Assembly: GCA_965237905.1 (NCBI GenBank)
Contig: OZ250172.1
Location: 2,208,001 to 2,272,000 of the forward strand
DNA from: Nitrospinaceae bacterium
GTDB taxonomy: Bacteria > Nitrospinota > Nitrospinia > Nitrospinales > Nitrospinaceae
Length of the DNA: 64,000 nucleotides
Direction: 5' to 3'
Part shown: piece after piece, positions 40,718 through 50,613 of the stretch
How the letters are laid out: every line of letters starts with the position of its first letter
Numbering within the stretch: position 1 is the stretch's first letter
Program-made: the position numbers and the translations under genes
Notes under the pieces: generated by a model
Told to the model about the DNA's origin: nothing
Databases searched by the model: none
What the model saw: the letters and a program-made list of their open reading frames with translations, nothing else

Positions 40718-41038
40718 ATGGCAGCCTCGAATGGAAACAAACCACCCACCAAGTCAGAAGTATTTAATCACATCGCCTCGGAAACAGGATTAACCCGCAA
40801 AGAAGTCGGCGCCGTATTCGAATCTCTTGGAGGGATGATTAGCAAATCGCTCTCGTCGCGCGGTCCCGGCCTGTTCAACGTAGTGGGAATGATGAAAATC
40901 AAAGTGGTCAAGAAACCGGCTACCAAAGAGAGAAAAGGCATCAATCCTTTTACCGGCGAAGAAGCCATCTTCAAGGCAAAGCCCGCCCGCAAGGTAGTCA
41001 AGGTTCAGCCGCTGAAAGCCCTGAAAGACATGGTGTGA
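40718..41038 (+). CDS. HU-family DNA-binding protein
   Basis: KPATKERKGINPFTGE..FKAKPA. Confidence 0.9.
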   Translation: MAASNGNKPPTKSEVFNHIASETGLTRKEVGAVFESLGGMISKSLSSRGPGLFNVVGMMKIKVVKKPATKERKGINPFTGEEAIFKAKPARKVVKVQPLKALKDMV

Positions 41039-41078
41039 CCGTACCCCGTTACACCGCAGCACCCCAACAAAAATTACA

Positions 41079-41116
41079 CAGCAGGCTCAAGGTGATTTAT
41101 CGCCTTGAGCTTGTTG
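41079..41116. terminator. Hairpin between convergent genes
   Basis: CAGCAGGCTCAAGGTGA-TTTA-TCGCCTTGAGCTTGTTG. Confidence 0.65.
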
Positions 41117-41183
41117 TATAATCTCTCCTCTTTATTCTTGTTGTTGCCAGTACCCATTCTGTTAAAAAAAATTTCTGCGGAAC

Positions 41184-42557
41184 TTATTTGATTTTGCCTG
41201 TCAGTTCTTCGGCAGGGTAGGTGAGGATTTCGGACAGAGTCGGATGGTAATGCGGCATGGTGAGCAGGTCTTTCACAGTTCCTTTATAGTACATGACAGC
41301 AATCAATTGATGAATCAGCTCGCCCCCTTCGGGGCCGGTGATATGGCCTCCGAGGATTTCTCCGCTTTTGGGATGGCACAGCAATTTCACATGACCGTGC
41401 GTTTCCCCCAAGCATAACGATTTACCATGATCGTCGAACGGGTACGACGCGGCAAGATAATCGATTTTTTTCTTCGCGCAATCTTTTTCAGTGAGTCCGA
41501 CGCTCGCCACCTGCGGGTCGGTGAACACGACGTTGGTGGTGAGCCGTTCGTCGACCTCCCGCGGAGTTTGATCCAGATGCGTTGCGTTCCAAGCCGCAAC
41601 TTCGCCCTGCTGGATGGCGATGTGCACCACCTCGTGCAGGCCGTTGACGTCCCCCACCGCAAAGATGTGCGGCTGGCTGGTCCGCATGGCGCAATCGACG
41701 CCGATGCCCCACTCGCCCATCTCCACTCCCGCCGCGTCAAGGTTCAGCCCGTTGGTATTCGGACGGCGTCCCAGCGCATCCAGGATACACGCGGCGGACA
41801 CCGATTTCTCCTTCCCCTCGTGCATGAAACGGACGGTTTTATGATTTCCTTCGGCTGACACCTGTTGCAACTGTGTGCCGGTATAAACGGTCATGCCCTC
41901 CTCACGGAACCGCGCTTCGACGGGCCGCGCCAGATCTTCATCAGTGAACGACAGGATGTGTCGGCTTCGCTGGATGAGCGTCACCCGCGTGCCGATGCGT
42001 TGATAAAATTGCGCCAGCTCAACCGCGACCGGCCCGGCGCCCAGCACGATCATCGACTCCGGCCACTCTTTCAACTCCAGCACGTCGTCGCTGGTTAGAT
42101 ACCCCGTTTCCTCCAGGCCGGGAACGGGAACTTGATCAATGACCGATCCGGTGGCGATGATGAACGATTTGGCGGACAGCCGTTGTCCTCCGGCTTCGAT
42201 TTCATTGGGCGATACGAAGGCGGCTTTGTCTTGTATCAAGGTGAAGCGTGGATTTTTGAGTTGCCCGATACGGTAGTCCGCAAATTCGCGGATGAGCTTG
42301 TTTTTGCGATCGATGATGGCGGCCAGATCGGCTTGGACACCCGTTGCGGACAGTCCGAACTCCCCGGCTCGTTGCATGAGGGCCATGATGTCTGACGAGC
42401 GCAAAATGGTTTTGGTGGGCATGCACCCACGCAGGATGCACAGTCCGCCGAGCGGACCGGGATCGACGATTGCCACTTTCGCGCCTGCCGATTGCGCCGT
42501 ATCTGCCGCCGCGTAACCGCCGGAGCCGCCGCCGATGACGATGACATCGTAGTCCAT
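41184..42557 (-). CDS. Dihydrolipoyl dehydrogenase-family flavin disulfide oxidoreductase
   Basis: GGGSGG, CILRGCMP, HPTLSE. Confidence 0.85.
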   Translation of the reverse strand: MDYDVIVIGGGSGGYAAADTAQSAGAKVAIVDPGPLGGLCILRGCMPTKTILRSSDIMALMQRAGEFGLSATGVQADLAAIIDRKNKLIREFADYRIGQLKNPRFTLIQDKAAFVSPNEIEAGGQRLSAKSFIIATGSVIDQVPVPGLEETGYLTSDDVLELKEWPESMIVLGAGPVAVELAQFYQRIGTRVTLIQRSRHILSFTDEDLARPVEARFREEGMTVYTGTQLQQVSAEGNHKTVRFMHEGKEKSVSAACILDALGRRPNTNGLNLDAAGVEMGEWGIGVDCAMRTSQPHIFAVGDVNGLHEVVHIAIQQGEVAAWNATHLDQTPREVDERLTTNVVFTDPQVASVGLTEKDCAKKKIDYLAASYPFDDHGKSLCLGETHGHVKLLCHPKSGEILGGHITGPEGGELIHQLIAVMYYKGTVKDLLTMPHYHPTLSEILTYPAEELTGKIK

Positions 42558-42596
42558 GAAATGGGTCTGGGTGAAGAGTTAGTGGGGTCCGGCGCG

Positions 42597-43121
42597 TTAC
42601 TCGAAATCTTCCGGCGACAGGTTGAACTCTTTATAGCATTCCGTGAGCAAGCTACCCGCCGTTTCCACCATGTGCAGCTCTCCCTGTTCTTCGAACAGTT
42701 TTTTGGCGATGCGCAGGTGGTGGACGGCTTCTTTCCCTTGCTTGACGGAATAATGCACCGTTGCCAGGTTGCTGTGGGCTCGGGCGAAGTTGGGGTTGAT
42801 CTTGAGCGCCTCTTGGTAATGCTTGACCGAGTCCTCGATCATGTTCAGCAAGTTGCAAATAAACGCCAGACTGTAATGGGCCATGACGTCGTTCGGTTTC
42901 AGTTCCACTGCTTTTTGGTAGCAGGGCAGGGCCTTGGCGTTTTGCTGGAGTTTGCCGTACCGGCTTGCCAGGTTGAACCAGGCCCGGAAGTGTTCGGGGT
43001 CCAAAACCACGGATTGTTCATAAGCGGCGATGGCGCCTTCGTTGTCCCCAGCGCGGCCCAGCGTCACTCCCTTTTGGAACCAGCCCTCGGCGCTTTGGGG
43101 CGTTGTCGACTCGGTAGTCAT
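42597..43121 (-). CDS. TPR protein
   Basis: 34-aa repeats such as YQKAVELKP, YQEALKINP. Confidence 0.85.
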   Translation of the reverse strand: MTTESTTPQSAEGWFQKGVTLGRAGDNEGAIAAYEQSVVLDPEHFRAWFNLASRYGKLQQNAKALPCYQKAVELKPNDVMAHYSLAFICNLLNMIEDSVKHYQEALKINPNFARAHSNLATVHYSVKQGKEAVHHLRIAKKLFEEQGELHMVETAGSLLTECYKEFNLSPEDFE

Positions 43122-43345
43122 CGGGTCATCCTTCTATGAAAAAGATTCAAAAGTTCAAAAAAATGTGTTTTGAGAATGGCCATATGCTACCCAGTTCAAA
43201 GGCCAATTGCAACCTCCGAGGGCCATAATCCGCTCTGTCGGACCGGAAAATACGGGAGACCCCTTGACCCCGGACGAAAAATGATTTTAAATGACGACCT
43301 TCAAAGAAAAACCGTTAAACCTGTATTATTGAGGAATTGAATACG

Positions 43346-43621
43346 ATGGCTGTTATCGAACCGGGGTCTGAGGAGGAACAAACGCTTTTGGCCCGATGGA
43401 TCCGGCGGGGCCGGGATTTGGTGGTTGGCACGTCCGCCATGGGGGAATCCTATCTGGATCCCAAGATCAAGCGCGAAGAAGAGGTGCAGAAGCTGACCGA
43501 GGACTATGTGAAATTCGACCACGAGGTGGCGGAACAATTGCCTCATTTGAAGGGCCGGTTCCGATGGGATCTGGAAAAATATTTCCGCGATCATTTCGGC
43601 CCTTACCTTCCCATAGAATGA
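43346..43621 (+). CDS. Hypothetical protein
   Basis: GAGGA RBS; ends 16 nt before Rieske-like gene. Confidence 0.7.
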   Translation: MAVIEPGSEEEQTLLARWIRRGRDLVVGTSAMGESYLDPKIKREEEVQKLTEDYVKFDHEVAEQLPHLKGRFRWDLEKYFRDHFGPYLPIE

Positions 43622-43637
43622 ATTCCCAGAAACCGAG

Positions 43638-43961
43638 ATGTCTGAAGTCCACATATTAGACTTGGCCGATGCTCCGGAGGAGGGGCAGGGTAAACGGGTC
43701 GAGTTCAATCACCCTTTTACCGAATTTCCTTATGCCCTGGGGGTGTATTTCGCCAAAGGCCGCTATTTAGTGGTCACCGATACCTGCAAGAAATGCAATT
43801 CCAGCCTTGCGCAAGGGAAATTGAACGGCATGTACGCTCTGTGCGCCCGGGAACAGCATGCCTGGCATATCAAAACCGGCCTCTTCAAATTCGACCGCAC
43901 CCAGTCGATTCCCACATACCGCGTTATCGTCAAGGACGAAGGCTTGTATATCGAGATATAA
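43638..43961 (+). CDS. Rieske/NirD-fold small protein with atypical ligands
   Basis: DTCKKC..SL..G.L.G...CAREQHAW..KTG, PTYRV pattern. Confidence 0.65.
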   Translation: MSEVHILDLADAPEEGQGKRVEFNHPFTEFPYALGVYFAKGRYLVVTDTCKKCNSSLAQGKLNGMYALCAREQHAWHIKTGLFKFDRTQSIPTYRVIVKDEGLYIEI

Positions 43962-43984
43962 TTACCTTGGATAAAGGTGATCCT

Positions 43985-45166
43985 ATGGCAATGCGATATT
44001 TATATTTTCTTTTATTTCTTGCGCTGGGCTTGGCGCTGTTGGTGTCAGCCGGTTGTTTTCGTGGATCCTCTGCTTCCGAGGAAACGCGATCCCGCATTGA
44101 ACAGAAGGCCGAAACTGCGAAGGGGTTGATCCGGCAAAGGGCGCAGTCCGGGGAAGATGTCAGCGGGGTTCTGGCAACCCTGGAGGCCGCTGGCGGCCGT
44201 TTTGAAAAGGGAGATGTGATGAGGGGCGAGGCCCTTTTGGATCAGGCCCTCGCGACGCTTCAATCCGGGAAGAGCGCCCCGCACGAGTTCAGCGAACCGG
44301 CGACCGATCTCTACAATGATCCGCAACCGGTTAAGGTTCTCGGTTATGACGCGTCGAAGGGTATTATGGAGCCCTTCATCACCCGTGACGGGCAGTATCT
44401 TTTGTTCAACAATGGAAACGCGGCCCACAACACCGATGGTACAAAGGGCGAGCCCGACCTCCATCACGCCCAACGGATCAACGATCATACCTTCCGGTAC
44501 CTGGGAGAAATCCGGGGAGCCAATTCGAGCATGGTCGATGGCGCTCCTTCGCTCGATCAAAACAACCGATTGTTTTTCATTTCCCCGCGCGCCTATCAAG
44601 AAAAGCGCTCAACGATTCATACGGGAATCTTTAAAAATGGAGAAGCAACAAACGTGGGTCTTGTGAACGGGGATATCTCTCCCAACAAACCCGGCTGGCT
44701 CAATATGGACGCCGAGATCAGCGCCGACGGCAAGACGTTGGTTTACACCGTGAATCAGTGGAATACGGATTTCAATGTCCCCAAGACATCGGATCTGCAG
44801 GCGGCGCAATGGGTCGGAGGCCGGTTCGAACGAATGAACGATTCCGACGCCATTTTTCGCAACATCAATACCGAAGAGCTGGAGTATGCGCCCTCACTCT
44901 CCGCAGACCAACTCACACTTTCGTTCACACGCGCCAGGATTAACATCAAGGATGGGAAACTACGGGGGATGGTCAGCCGCATTCTAATAGCGAGCCGGCA
45001 TTCCACCGAGGAGCCATTCCGCAAACCCCGGTGGATCAAGGCGATCACCGGAGTGGTCGAGGGCTCGACCATCACGCCGGACGAGAAAGTCCTCTATTAC
45101 CACAAAAAGGAAGGGGGTACCTTCCGCCTTTATAAGGTCAAACGCAGGGCCCGTCGAAGCAAGTAG
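43985..45166 (+). CDS. Lipoprotein with TolB/PD40-like beta-propeller
   Basis: VSAGC lipobox; PFITRDG, ISADG, PSLSAD, ITPDE repeats. Confidence 0.7.
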   Translation: MAMRYLYFLLFLALGLALLVSAGCFRGSSASEETRSRIEQKAETAKGLIRQRAQSGEDVSGVLATLEAAGGRFEKGDVMRGEALLDQALATLQSGKSAPHEFSEPATDLYNDPQPVKVLGYDASKGIMEPFITRDGQYLLFNNGNAAHNTDGTKGEPDLHHAQRINDHTFRYLGEIRGANSSMVDGAPSLDQNNRLFFISPRAYQEKRSTIHTGIFKNGEATNVGLVNGDISPNKPGWLNMDAEISADGKTLVYTVNQWNTDFNVPKTSDLQAAQWVGGRFERMNDSDAIFRNINTEELEYAPSLSADQLTLSFTRARINIKDGKLRGMVSRILIASRHSTEEPFRKPRWIKAITGVVEGSTITPDEKVLYYHKKEGGTFRLYKVKRRARRSK

Positions 45167-45187
45167 GCGGTATTTGGAAGAGAGCGC

Positions 45188-45463
45188 TTATTCCCACGTC
45201 TCCAAAACTAGAGCATTGCCTTCCGCATCGTAGATCTTTTTACCTCTGAGGCAGATTTCAACCAATTTGAGAGCCAGTTCTTTGGTTTGGCTTCCACTAT
45301 CTCCATAAATGTTGAAATCTTTACCCAGCAATTCCGGAGATTCGATACGGCAATAAAAATTCCTGTTCTCAAAGGTGGCAAACGGGCCCTCGATCTTCAC
45401 GCTGAAGGGGCGCCGTTGTCCCTGTTCATCAATAAACGCTGTTACATAATAAGGGTTGTTCAT
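45188..45463 (-). CDS. Small hypothetical protein
   Basis: GGAG RBS before MNNPYY. Confidence 0.6.
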   Translation of the reverse strand: MNNPYYVTAFIDEQGQRRPFSVKIEGPFATFENRNFYCRIESPELLGKDFNIYGDSGSQTKELALKLVEICLRGKKIYDAEGNALVLETWE

Positions 45464-45602
45464 TTCTTCTCCCCGAAGATATATGAAACGATTGATCAAA
45501 TTTACTATTACATAAACAGTATTTGTCATGCAATAGTCACAGATAATGGTTCGGGCATCAAGTTTAAAACCCGTTCAATACCTGTCTATCATCGCAACAA
45601 GT

Positions 45603-45722
45603 TGTGGATAATTTGTTGAAACAATGTGGAAACTTTGTGGAAAAATTCGGTTAAATCATTGTAGGGAAAATGAATTGAAATCCTGATGATTGAAGACAGA
45701 TTTTATTCACGACTGTGGAAAA
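45603..45722. promoter_or_regulatory. DnaA-box cluster
   Basis: TGTGGATAA, TGTTGAAAC, TGTGGAAAC, TGTGGAAAA at 11-bp period; inverted pair TTATTCACG/TGTGGAAAA at 45703-45722. Confidence 0.7.
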
Positions 45723-45849
45723 CTTTTTGAATTTTTTTTGGGAGGTTTATGGAATGATGTCAGAATGGACCTGCTTAAGGAGGGTCGCGTTAGATTCGCG
45801 ATCGGTCAGGGTCAGCAGTCGGGTACCTGCTTACAGTTTGTGACACAGG

Positions 45850-47289
45850 TTACCGCCGCCACGCGTGAAACTTTTGGATGAAATTCAGCAGGCCTGTGGG
45901 CGCATGATTTTTTTTCCAGATGCCGGCGGCGTATTTGTTGGCTTCCGCCATCGTCGGATAAATGTGGATGGTTCCCAGAATCTGGTTCAGTCCGAGGCCG
46001 TGCTTCATGGCCAGCACGTATTCGGTGATCAAATCCCCGGCGTGGTAGCCGACAATGGTGACCCCCAGAATCTTGTCCTTGCCGGGCGGTGTCAATACTT
46101 TCACATAGCCTGTGTCCTCGCTATCGGCGATGGCGCGGTCGAGGTCGTCAATACCATACGTCGCCACGTCATAAGGGATGCCCTGTTCCTTCGCCTCTTT
46201 TTCGTTGAGGCCGACGCGCGCCACTTCCGGATCGGTGAACGTGGCCCAGGGAATGACCCTGTAATCCACCTTGAATTTCTTGAAGGGGCTGAACAACGCG
46301 TTGACCGCGCAGTACCAGGCCTGATGCGCGGCGGTGTGGGTGAACTGGAACGGACCCGCCACGTCGCCGCAGGCGTAAATATTTTTGTGCGTGGTGGTTC
46401 GCAGATATTGATCGACCTCCACCGTGCCGCGCGGTCCCAGTTTCACGCCGATGTCTTCCAGACCGAAGCCTTTGGCGTTGGCGGCGCGGCCGACCGCGAC
46501 CAACAATTGATCGAATTCTACCCGGTCGGTCCCGCCTTCTTTTTCCACCAGCATATAATTCTTACCGTCCTGCACCACCACTTCCTTGCATTTGGAATTG
46601 ACGCGCACGTCGACGCCATCGGCGAGAAATTTCTGGCGCACCATGCGGCTCGCTTCCTCGTCTTCGCGGATCAGAATGTCGGGGAGCATTTCCACGAGGG
46701 TCACTTCGCTCCCCAACCGTGCGAAACATTGCGCCAGTTCACACCCGATAGGTCCGCCGCCCATCACCATCAGTTTCTTCGGTAACTTGCTCAGGTTCCA
46801 GATCGTGTCCGTCGTCAGGTAGTCCACCTGATCGAGGCCGGGAATCGGGGGTACTGCCGGCCGCGCGCCGGTGGCAATGATGATGTTTTTCGTGGTTAGC
46901 GTTTTGCCATTCACCTCGACCTCGTGCGGGGAGAGGATCTTCGCGGAGCCGGTGAAGCAGTCCACACCCAGCTTCGTGTAACGCTCAATGCTGTCGTGCG
47001 GCTCCACTTTTTTGATGACGTTGTGCACGCGCTCCATGATGTCGGGAAACTCGAAATCCACCTGCGCTGATTTCAGCCCGAAGTCCTGCGACCGTTTGAT
47101 GTAAGAGAGAATTTTAGCCGAGCGAATGAGCGCTTTGCTGGGCACGCACCCGGTGTTCAGGCAGTCGCCGCCCATCAGGTGTTTTTCGATCAGTGCGACC
47201 TTGGCCTTGACGACCGAACCGATATAAGCCGACACCAGTCCTGCCGAGCCCGCGCCGATCACGATAATGTTGTAATCTTTCTTCGCCAT
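45850..47289 (-). CDS. MerA/Lpd-like flavin disulfide oxidoreductase (no C-terminal Cys pair)
   Basis: GAGSAG, GGDCLNTGCVPSK, HIYPTMAE. Confidence 0.85.
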   Translation of the reverse strand: MAKKDYNIIVIGAGSAGLVSAYIGSVVKAKVALIEKHLMGGDCLNTGCVPSKALIRSAKILSYIKRSQDFGLKSAQVDFEFPDIMERVHNVIKKVEPHDSIERYTKLGVDCFTGSAKILSPHEVEVNGKTLTTKNIIIATGARPAVPPIPGLDQVDYLTTDTIWNLSKLPKKLMVMGGGPIGCELAQCFARLGSEVTLVEMLPDILIREDEEASRMVRQKFLADGVDVRVNSKCKEVVVQDGKNYMLVEKEGGTDRVEFDQLLVAVGRAANAKGFGLEDIGVKLGPRGTVEVDQYLRTTTHKNIYACGDVAGPFQFTHTAAHQAWYCAVNALFSPFKKFKVDYRVIPWATFTDPEVARVGLNEKEAKEQGIPYDVATYGIDDLDRAIADSEDTGYVKVLTPPGKDKILGVTIVGYHAGDLITEYVLAMKHGLGLNQILGTIHIYPTMAEANKYAAGIWKKNHAPTGLLNFIQKFHAWRR

Positions 47290-47435
47290 AGAAATAGATG
47301 AACCGGAACAAATGGATAATCAAACATCGCCTTATTAGTCGTTATTCTACCCCAATCCTTACACTGCCGGAACAGGAAGGATGGAAAAGTAGAAGTTAGC
47401 GGCCCGCGTCAGCGTGCCGCAATCTGCCCCTACGG

Positions 47436-48173
47436 CTAGTAGGTGATTTCGCCGCCGGAGATGCGGTGCGGGGTTTTGCCTAAATCAAGCGGGTGGTCTG
47501 TGCCGGGGAGGATGGTGCCGTCGGGAGAGTACGGACCGATCTTACTCCAGGTGCCGTACTGCAGTTCGCTCACATATTCGATCTTCACAATCGCTTTGGG
47601 ATTTTTGTAGCCGTATTTGAAAGGCACGATGACACGCAGGGGAAACCCGTGTTCATCGGACAAGGGGGCGCCGTTCATTTGAGTGACCCCAAGAGTGTGG
47701 GGATGGTTCAGGTCTTCGAGTGACAGGTGTTCGGTATAAACGTCGCCACAGTGGAAGACCACACCGGTGGCCTCCGGTTTCGGCGGACAGAGTTTCATCA
47801 ATTCGGAAAAACGGAAGCCGGTCCATTCCGCCTTGGCGGACCAGCACTCGACGCACTTCAGCCGCGAGGTTTGCGTGATCGGCTCCAGGTTTTTGAGTTG
47901 ATCCAGCGTGAAGGTTTTCGGATTCTCGCACAGGCCGCCGACCTCCAGCGTCCAGTCTTCGGCTTTAATGCGTCTCAGGGGTTTCCAGTAATTGATATAG
48001 AACTGTTTGAATTTGCCCACACGGGTTTTGCCGACGAAGTCGGTTCCCGTAAAATAATCCGGCTCGGCCCGTGCGGAACCCGGTCGGCTCCACCAGCCCT
48101 GCACGAATGCCGCGCAGAATGCGAACGTGCGGACCAGAAACGATCGTCGGCTTAATCCGTCGAATGGACGCAT
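47436..48173 (-). CDS. Tat-exported molybdopterin oxidoreductase, sulfite oxidase/MsrP family
   Basis: SRRSFL Tat motif, CVECWS, HGFPLR, KYGYK. Confidence 0.85.
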   Translation of the reverse strand: MRPFDGLSRRSFLVRTFAFCAAFVQGWWSRPGSARAEPDYFTGTDFVGKTRVGKFKQFYINYWKPLRRIKAEDWTLEVGGLCENPKTFTLDQLKNLEPITQTSRLKCVECWSAKAEWTGFRFSELMKLCPPKPEATGVVFHCGDVYTEHLSLEDLNHPHTLGVTQMNGAPLSDEHGFPLRVIVPFKYGYKNPKAIVKIEYVSELQYGTWSKIGPYSPDGTILPGTDHPLDLGKTPHRISGGEITY

Positions 48174-48808
48174 CGGAATCCCAGAAAGCTGAGCCGTTCC
48201 CCCGGAGGGATGGTGGCTTTTTCGAAGGCCTTGCTATATTCGAAATCGAGGTGCTTGTTCCACAACCCGCCACGAATGATTCTCAATTGGCCCTGGGCGT
48301 CGGCGGTCCATTCCCAGACCGACCCCGCCATGTCGTGAATACCGTAGGCGGAGACATCCTGCTTATTGGACGCTACATTTTTTTTGACGACTCCGGAGTA
48401 AAACGGATGCGGACGTTTTCTAGGTTTGCGGTCGCCCCAGGGGTAGATGAAGCCACTCTCTCCCCGCGCCGCTTTTTCCCATTCCGGCTCGGTGGGCAAT
48501 CGGCCTCCAATTTTTTCACAATATTCTTTGGCCTGGTACCAGGTGACTTTCGTCATCGGATGTTGGGCCGCGCCTTTGCGGAAACGGTAGTTGGGAAACT
48601 GCTCCTTGAATTCCTCATTGGTGACCTCGCTCTGGTCGATCAGGAAAGACTTGAGGAATAGGCGCCGTTCCGGTCCGTGGGGAGGTTGTTTCCCCTGGCC
48701 CATAGTGAACGGTCCTTCCGGTATCATCACCATCGATGAGGCAGATGCGATAGCGGGCGTACCGAGCGACACGATGATAATCCAGCTGGCAAGACGATGT
48801 AAGTTCAT
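48152..48808 (-). CDS. FGE/SUMF1-family exported protein
   Basis: GPFTMG, RLPTEPEWEKAARG, DMAGSVWEW, GFRC. Confidence 0.9.
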   Translation of the reverse strand: MNLHRLASWIIIVSLGTPAIASASSMVMIPEGPFTMGQGKQPPHGPERRLFLKSFLIDQSEVTNEEFKEQFPNYRFRKGAAQHPMTKVTWYQAKEYCEKIGGRLPTEPEWEKAARGESGFIYPWGDRKPRKRPHPFYSGVVKKNVASNKQDVSAYGIHDMAGSVWEWTADAQGQLRIIRGGLWNKHLDFEYSKAFEKATIPPGERLSFLGFRCVHSTD

Positions 48809-48844
48809 ACTTAAAGTCTACCAAGGACGCGGGCACCGATTCAA
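48794..48844 (+). repeat. Direct repeat, left boundary of AT-rich island
   Basis: ACGATGTAAGTTCATACTTAAAGTCTACCAAG..CGCGGGCACCGATTCAA repeated at 50614-50665. Confidence 0.9.
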
Positions 48845-49164
48845 CACATTCTAAAGAAAGGACTGATAAGCAGGCATTTAAAAGAGGAAAAATAAGAGGC
48901 GATTAACGAGGCTTTGTTGGTTTCGTTTTTAAAGGGATGATAGTGTTTTAGATTGGGTTTGTCGGCAAAGGGGATTCCCTGTTCGCTGTCCGCACCGCAC
49001 AATTGTATTAACACGTTTCTTAAATTGCTAATGCTTTCGTTTTTTGCCAATATATTCGATTAGGTTTTTTACTTCGAACAAGCACATTTGACGGGGCGGA
49101 TACGGCGCCACAAACAGATAAGAAAACAAAACTCAATTTAAGCAAGTGATAAGAGGTTCCGAAG

Positions 49165-50010
49165 TTAACACCACAATTGCTTTGTGATAGGGAACTTTTC
49201 GTAGCAATATTCATAAACATCTTTGTAGAACGATTTGACTTCACTTTCTAATTCATCATCTTGTTCAGTTTTATTTCTTGTTTTATTGACTCTAACTGCT
49301 CCATATTCCGCTTTTACTTGAACTTGGCAGAAATCTGGCAATCTCTCTATTTCTTCAGCGTTAAACAAATTCTCGTAAATTCCTACATAAACACCACTTT
49401 CGCCAAAAACACTGAGGGCTCGCTCAATTGTAATGTGATAATTAGTTCTGAATTTACAATGCTCAGATGCGTAGTATTGCCTCAAAGCATTAAAAAAGTT
49501 TTTCTCACCACTCTCTATTCCCTCATTGTAATTACCCCTATCCAAGTTAAATCTGACTGCACTCTTAACCCTATTTAAAGGATTTCGAATCAGAATTACC
49601 GCCTTACAATCAACTTCCCTATTTTGAAATTGACTATGAATAAATTTCAAACGTTTTTCACTCAAACCGCTGTATGAAGGGGTTATATCAGCCGAAACGG
49701 AAACACCGTCTACAAACAAGGAGTCAAAATAATCGAAGTAAAAATTTTCTTCTGTCTGCATTCGATGTCTAAGAAGTATTGCTTTGTTTGCAAATAACTT
49801 CTCTTTTAGTGGAACTTTTCCTATTAAATTGCGTCTGAGCGGAGGTAAATCTAACCCATCCCCAATATGGTATTCCTTAGCAAATCCGCCATCGTAGTTT
49901 TTATGTTGCCTCAGATATTCAGACAACCAAGTTGTACCACATTTTTGACAACCCAAACCTAACAAAAATTTCTTCTGAGACACCATATTTTTCATCCGAA
50001 AATCAATCAT
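49165..50010 (-). CDS. Sulfotransferase-family protein
   Basis: GCQKCGTTWL (5'-PSB), KEYH, DITPSY, IRNPLNRVKS (3'-PB); AT-rich. Confidence 0.85.
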   Translation of the reverse strand: MIDFRMKNMVSQKKFLLGLGCQKCGTTWLSEYLRQHKNYDGGFAKEYHIGDGLDLPPLRRNLIGKVPLKEKLFANKAILLRHRMQTEENFYFDYFDSLFVDGVSVSADITPSYSGLSEKRLKFIHSQFQNREVDCKAVILIRNPLNRVKSAVRFNLDRGNYNEGIESGEKNFFNALRQYYASEHCKFRTNYHITIERALSVFGESGVYVGIYENLFNAEEIERLPDFCQVQVKAEYGAVRVNKTRNKTEQDDELESEVKSFYKDVYEYCYEKFPITKQLWC

Positions 50011-50459
50011 TTACCGAAAATGTAAGTCGTAAACCCACCATTGTAAACTACAGAAACACGCCTTTCAATACATTGGCTATAGCGTCCATCGCTGTCTTTT
50101 TCTTTCGACTGACAGCAACAGAATAGACTCTTCGTTGCATTTTGCTCTATGCGGAAAAGCACGTAGTTCGTTTCTTCGCCGCTGTGCTCATACTTCACAA
50201 GCGTGTTGATGCCCAAGTTAGCGGCTTTCTCGTCTTAAGTCTTAATAGGTAGTTAAGAACTGATTATGGGTCTTTTCCTGGCGTGGGGAAGAGCTACTTA
50301 TTTGAAAAGTTATGAGCTACTCGGTTTTTCCCAGCACGACTGATATTAAATAAATGACTCGGTTGAATGGTAATCAATTCGGCTTTTACAGAACTCGCAC
50401 CCTTGCCCTTTTCATTTCCCCATCAACGAATAAATATAAAAAACGAAATAGGAAAACTT

Positions 50460-50575
50460 CACCCAAGAATTTCCAATAAACTCTTTATTTCCTCGCCTCC
50501 AAGTTCTCTTACATGCTCAAGAACACCCATCGAGACTACAACATCGAAAGTATCGTCTGGGTAAGGCAAGTTGAC
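50460..50575 (-). pseudogene. Fragment of class I SAM methyltransferase
   Basis: Manual translation NLPYPDDTFDVVVSMGVLEHVRELGGEEIKSLLEILG*, no start codon. Confidence 0.6.
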
Positions 50576-50613
50576 GGGGTGCCGAGTAACACCATAAGAA
50601 TCAAGCCGATAAT

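Noticed and set aside
45850..47289. Mercuric reductase merA
   Set aside because: Lacks the C-terminal Cys pair and any mer gene context
50205..50262. Degenerate attC-like pattern on the minus strand
   Set aside because: No GTT core, poor arm pairing, no second site or integrase
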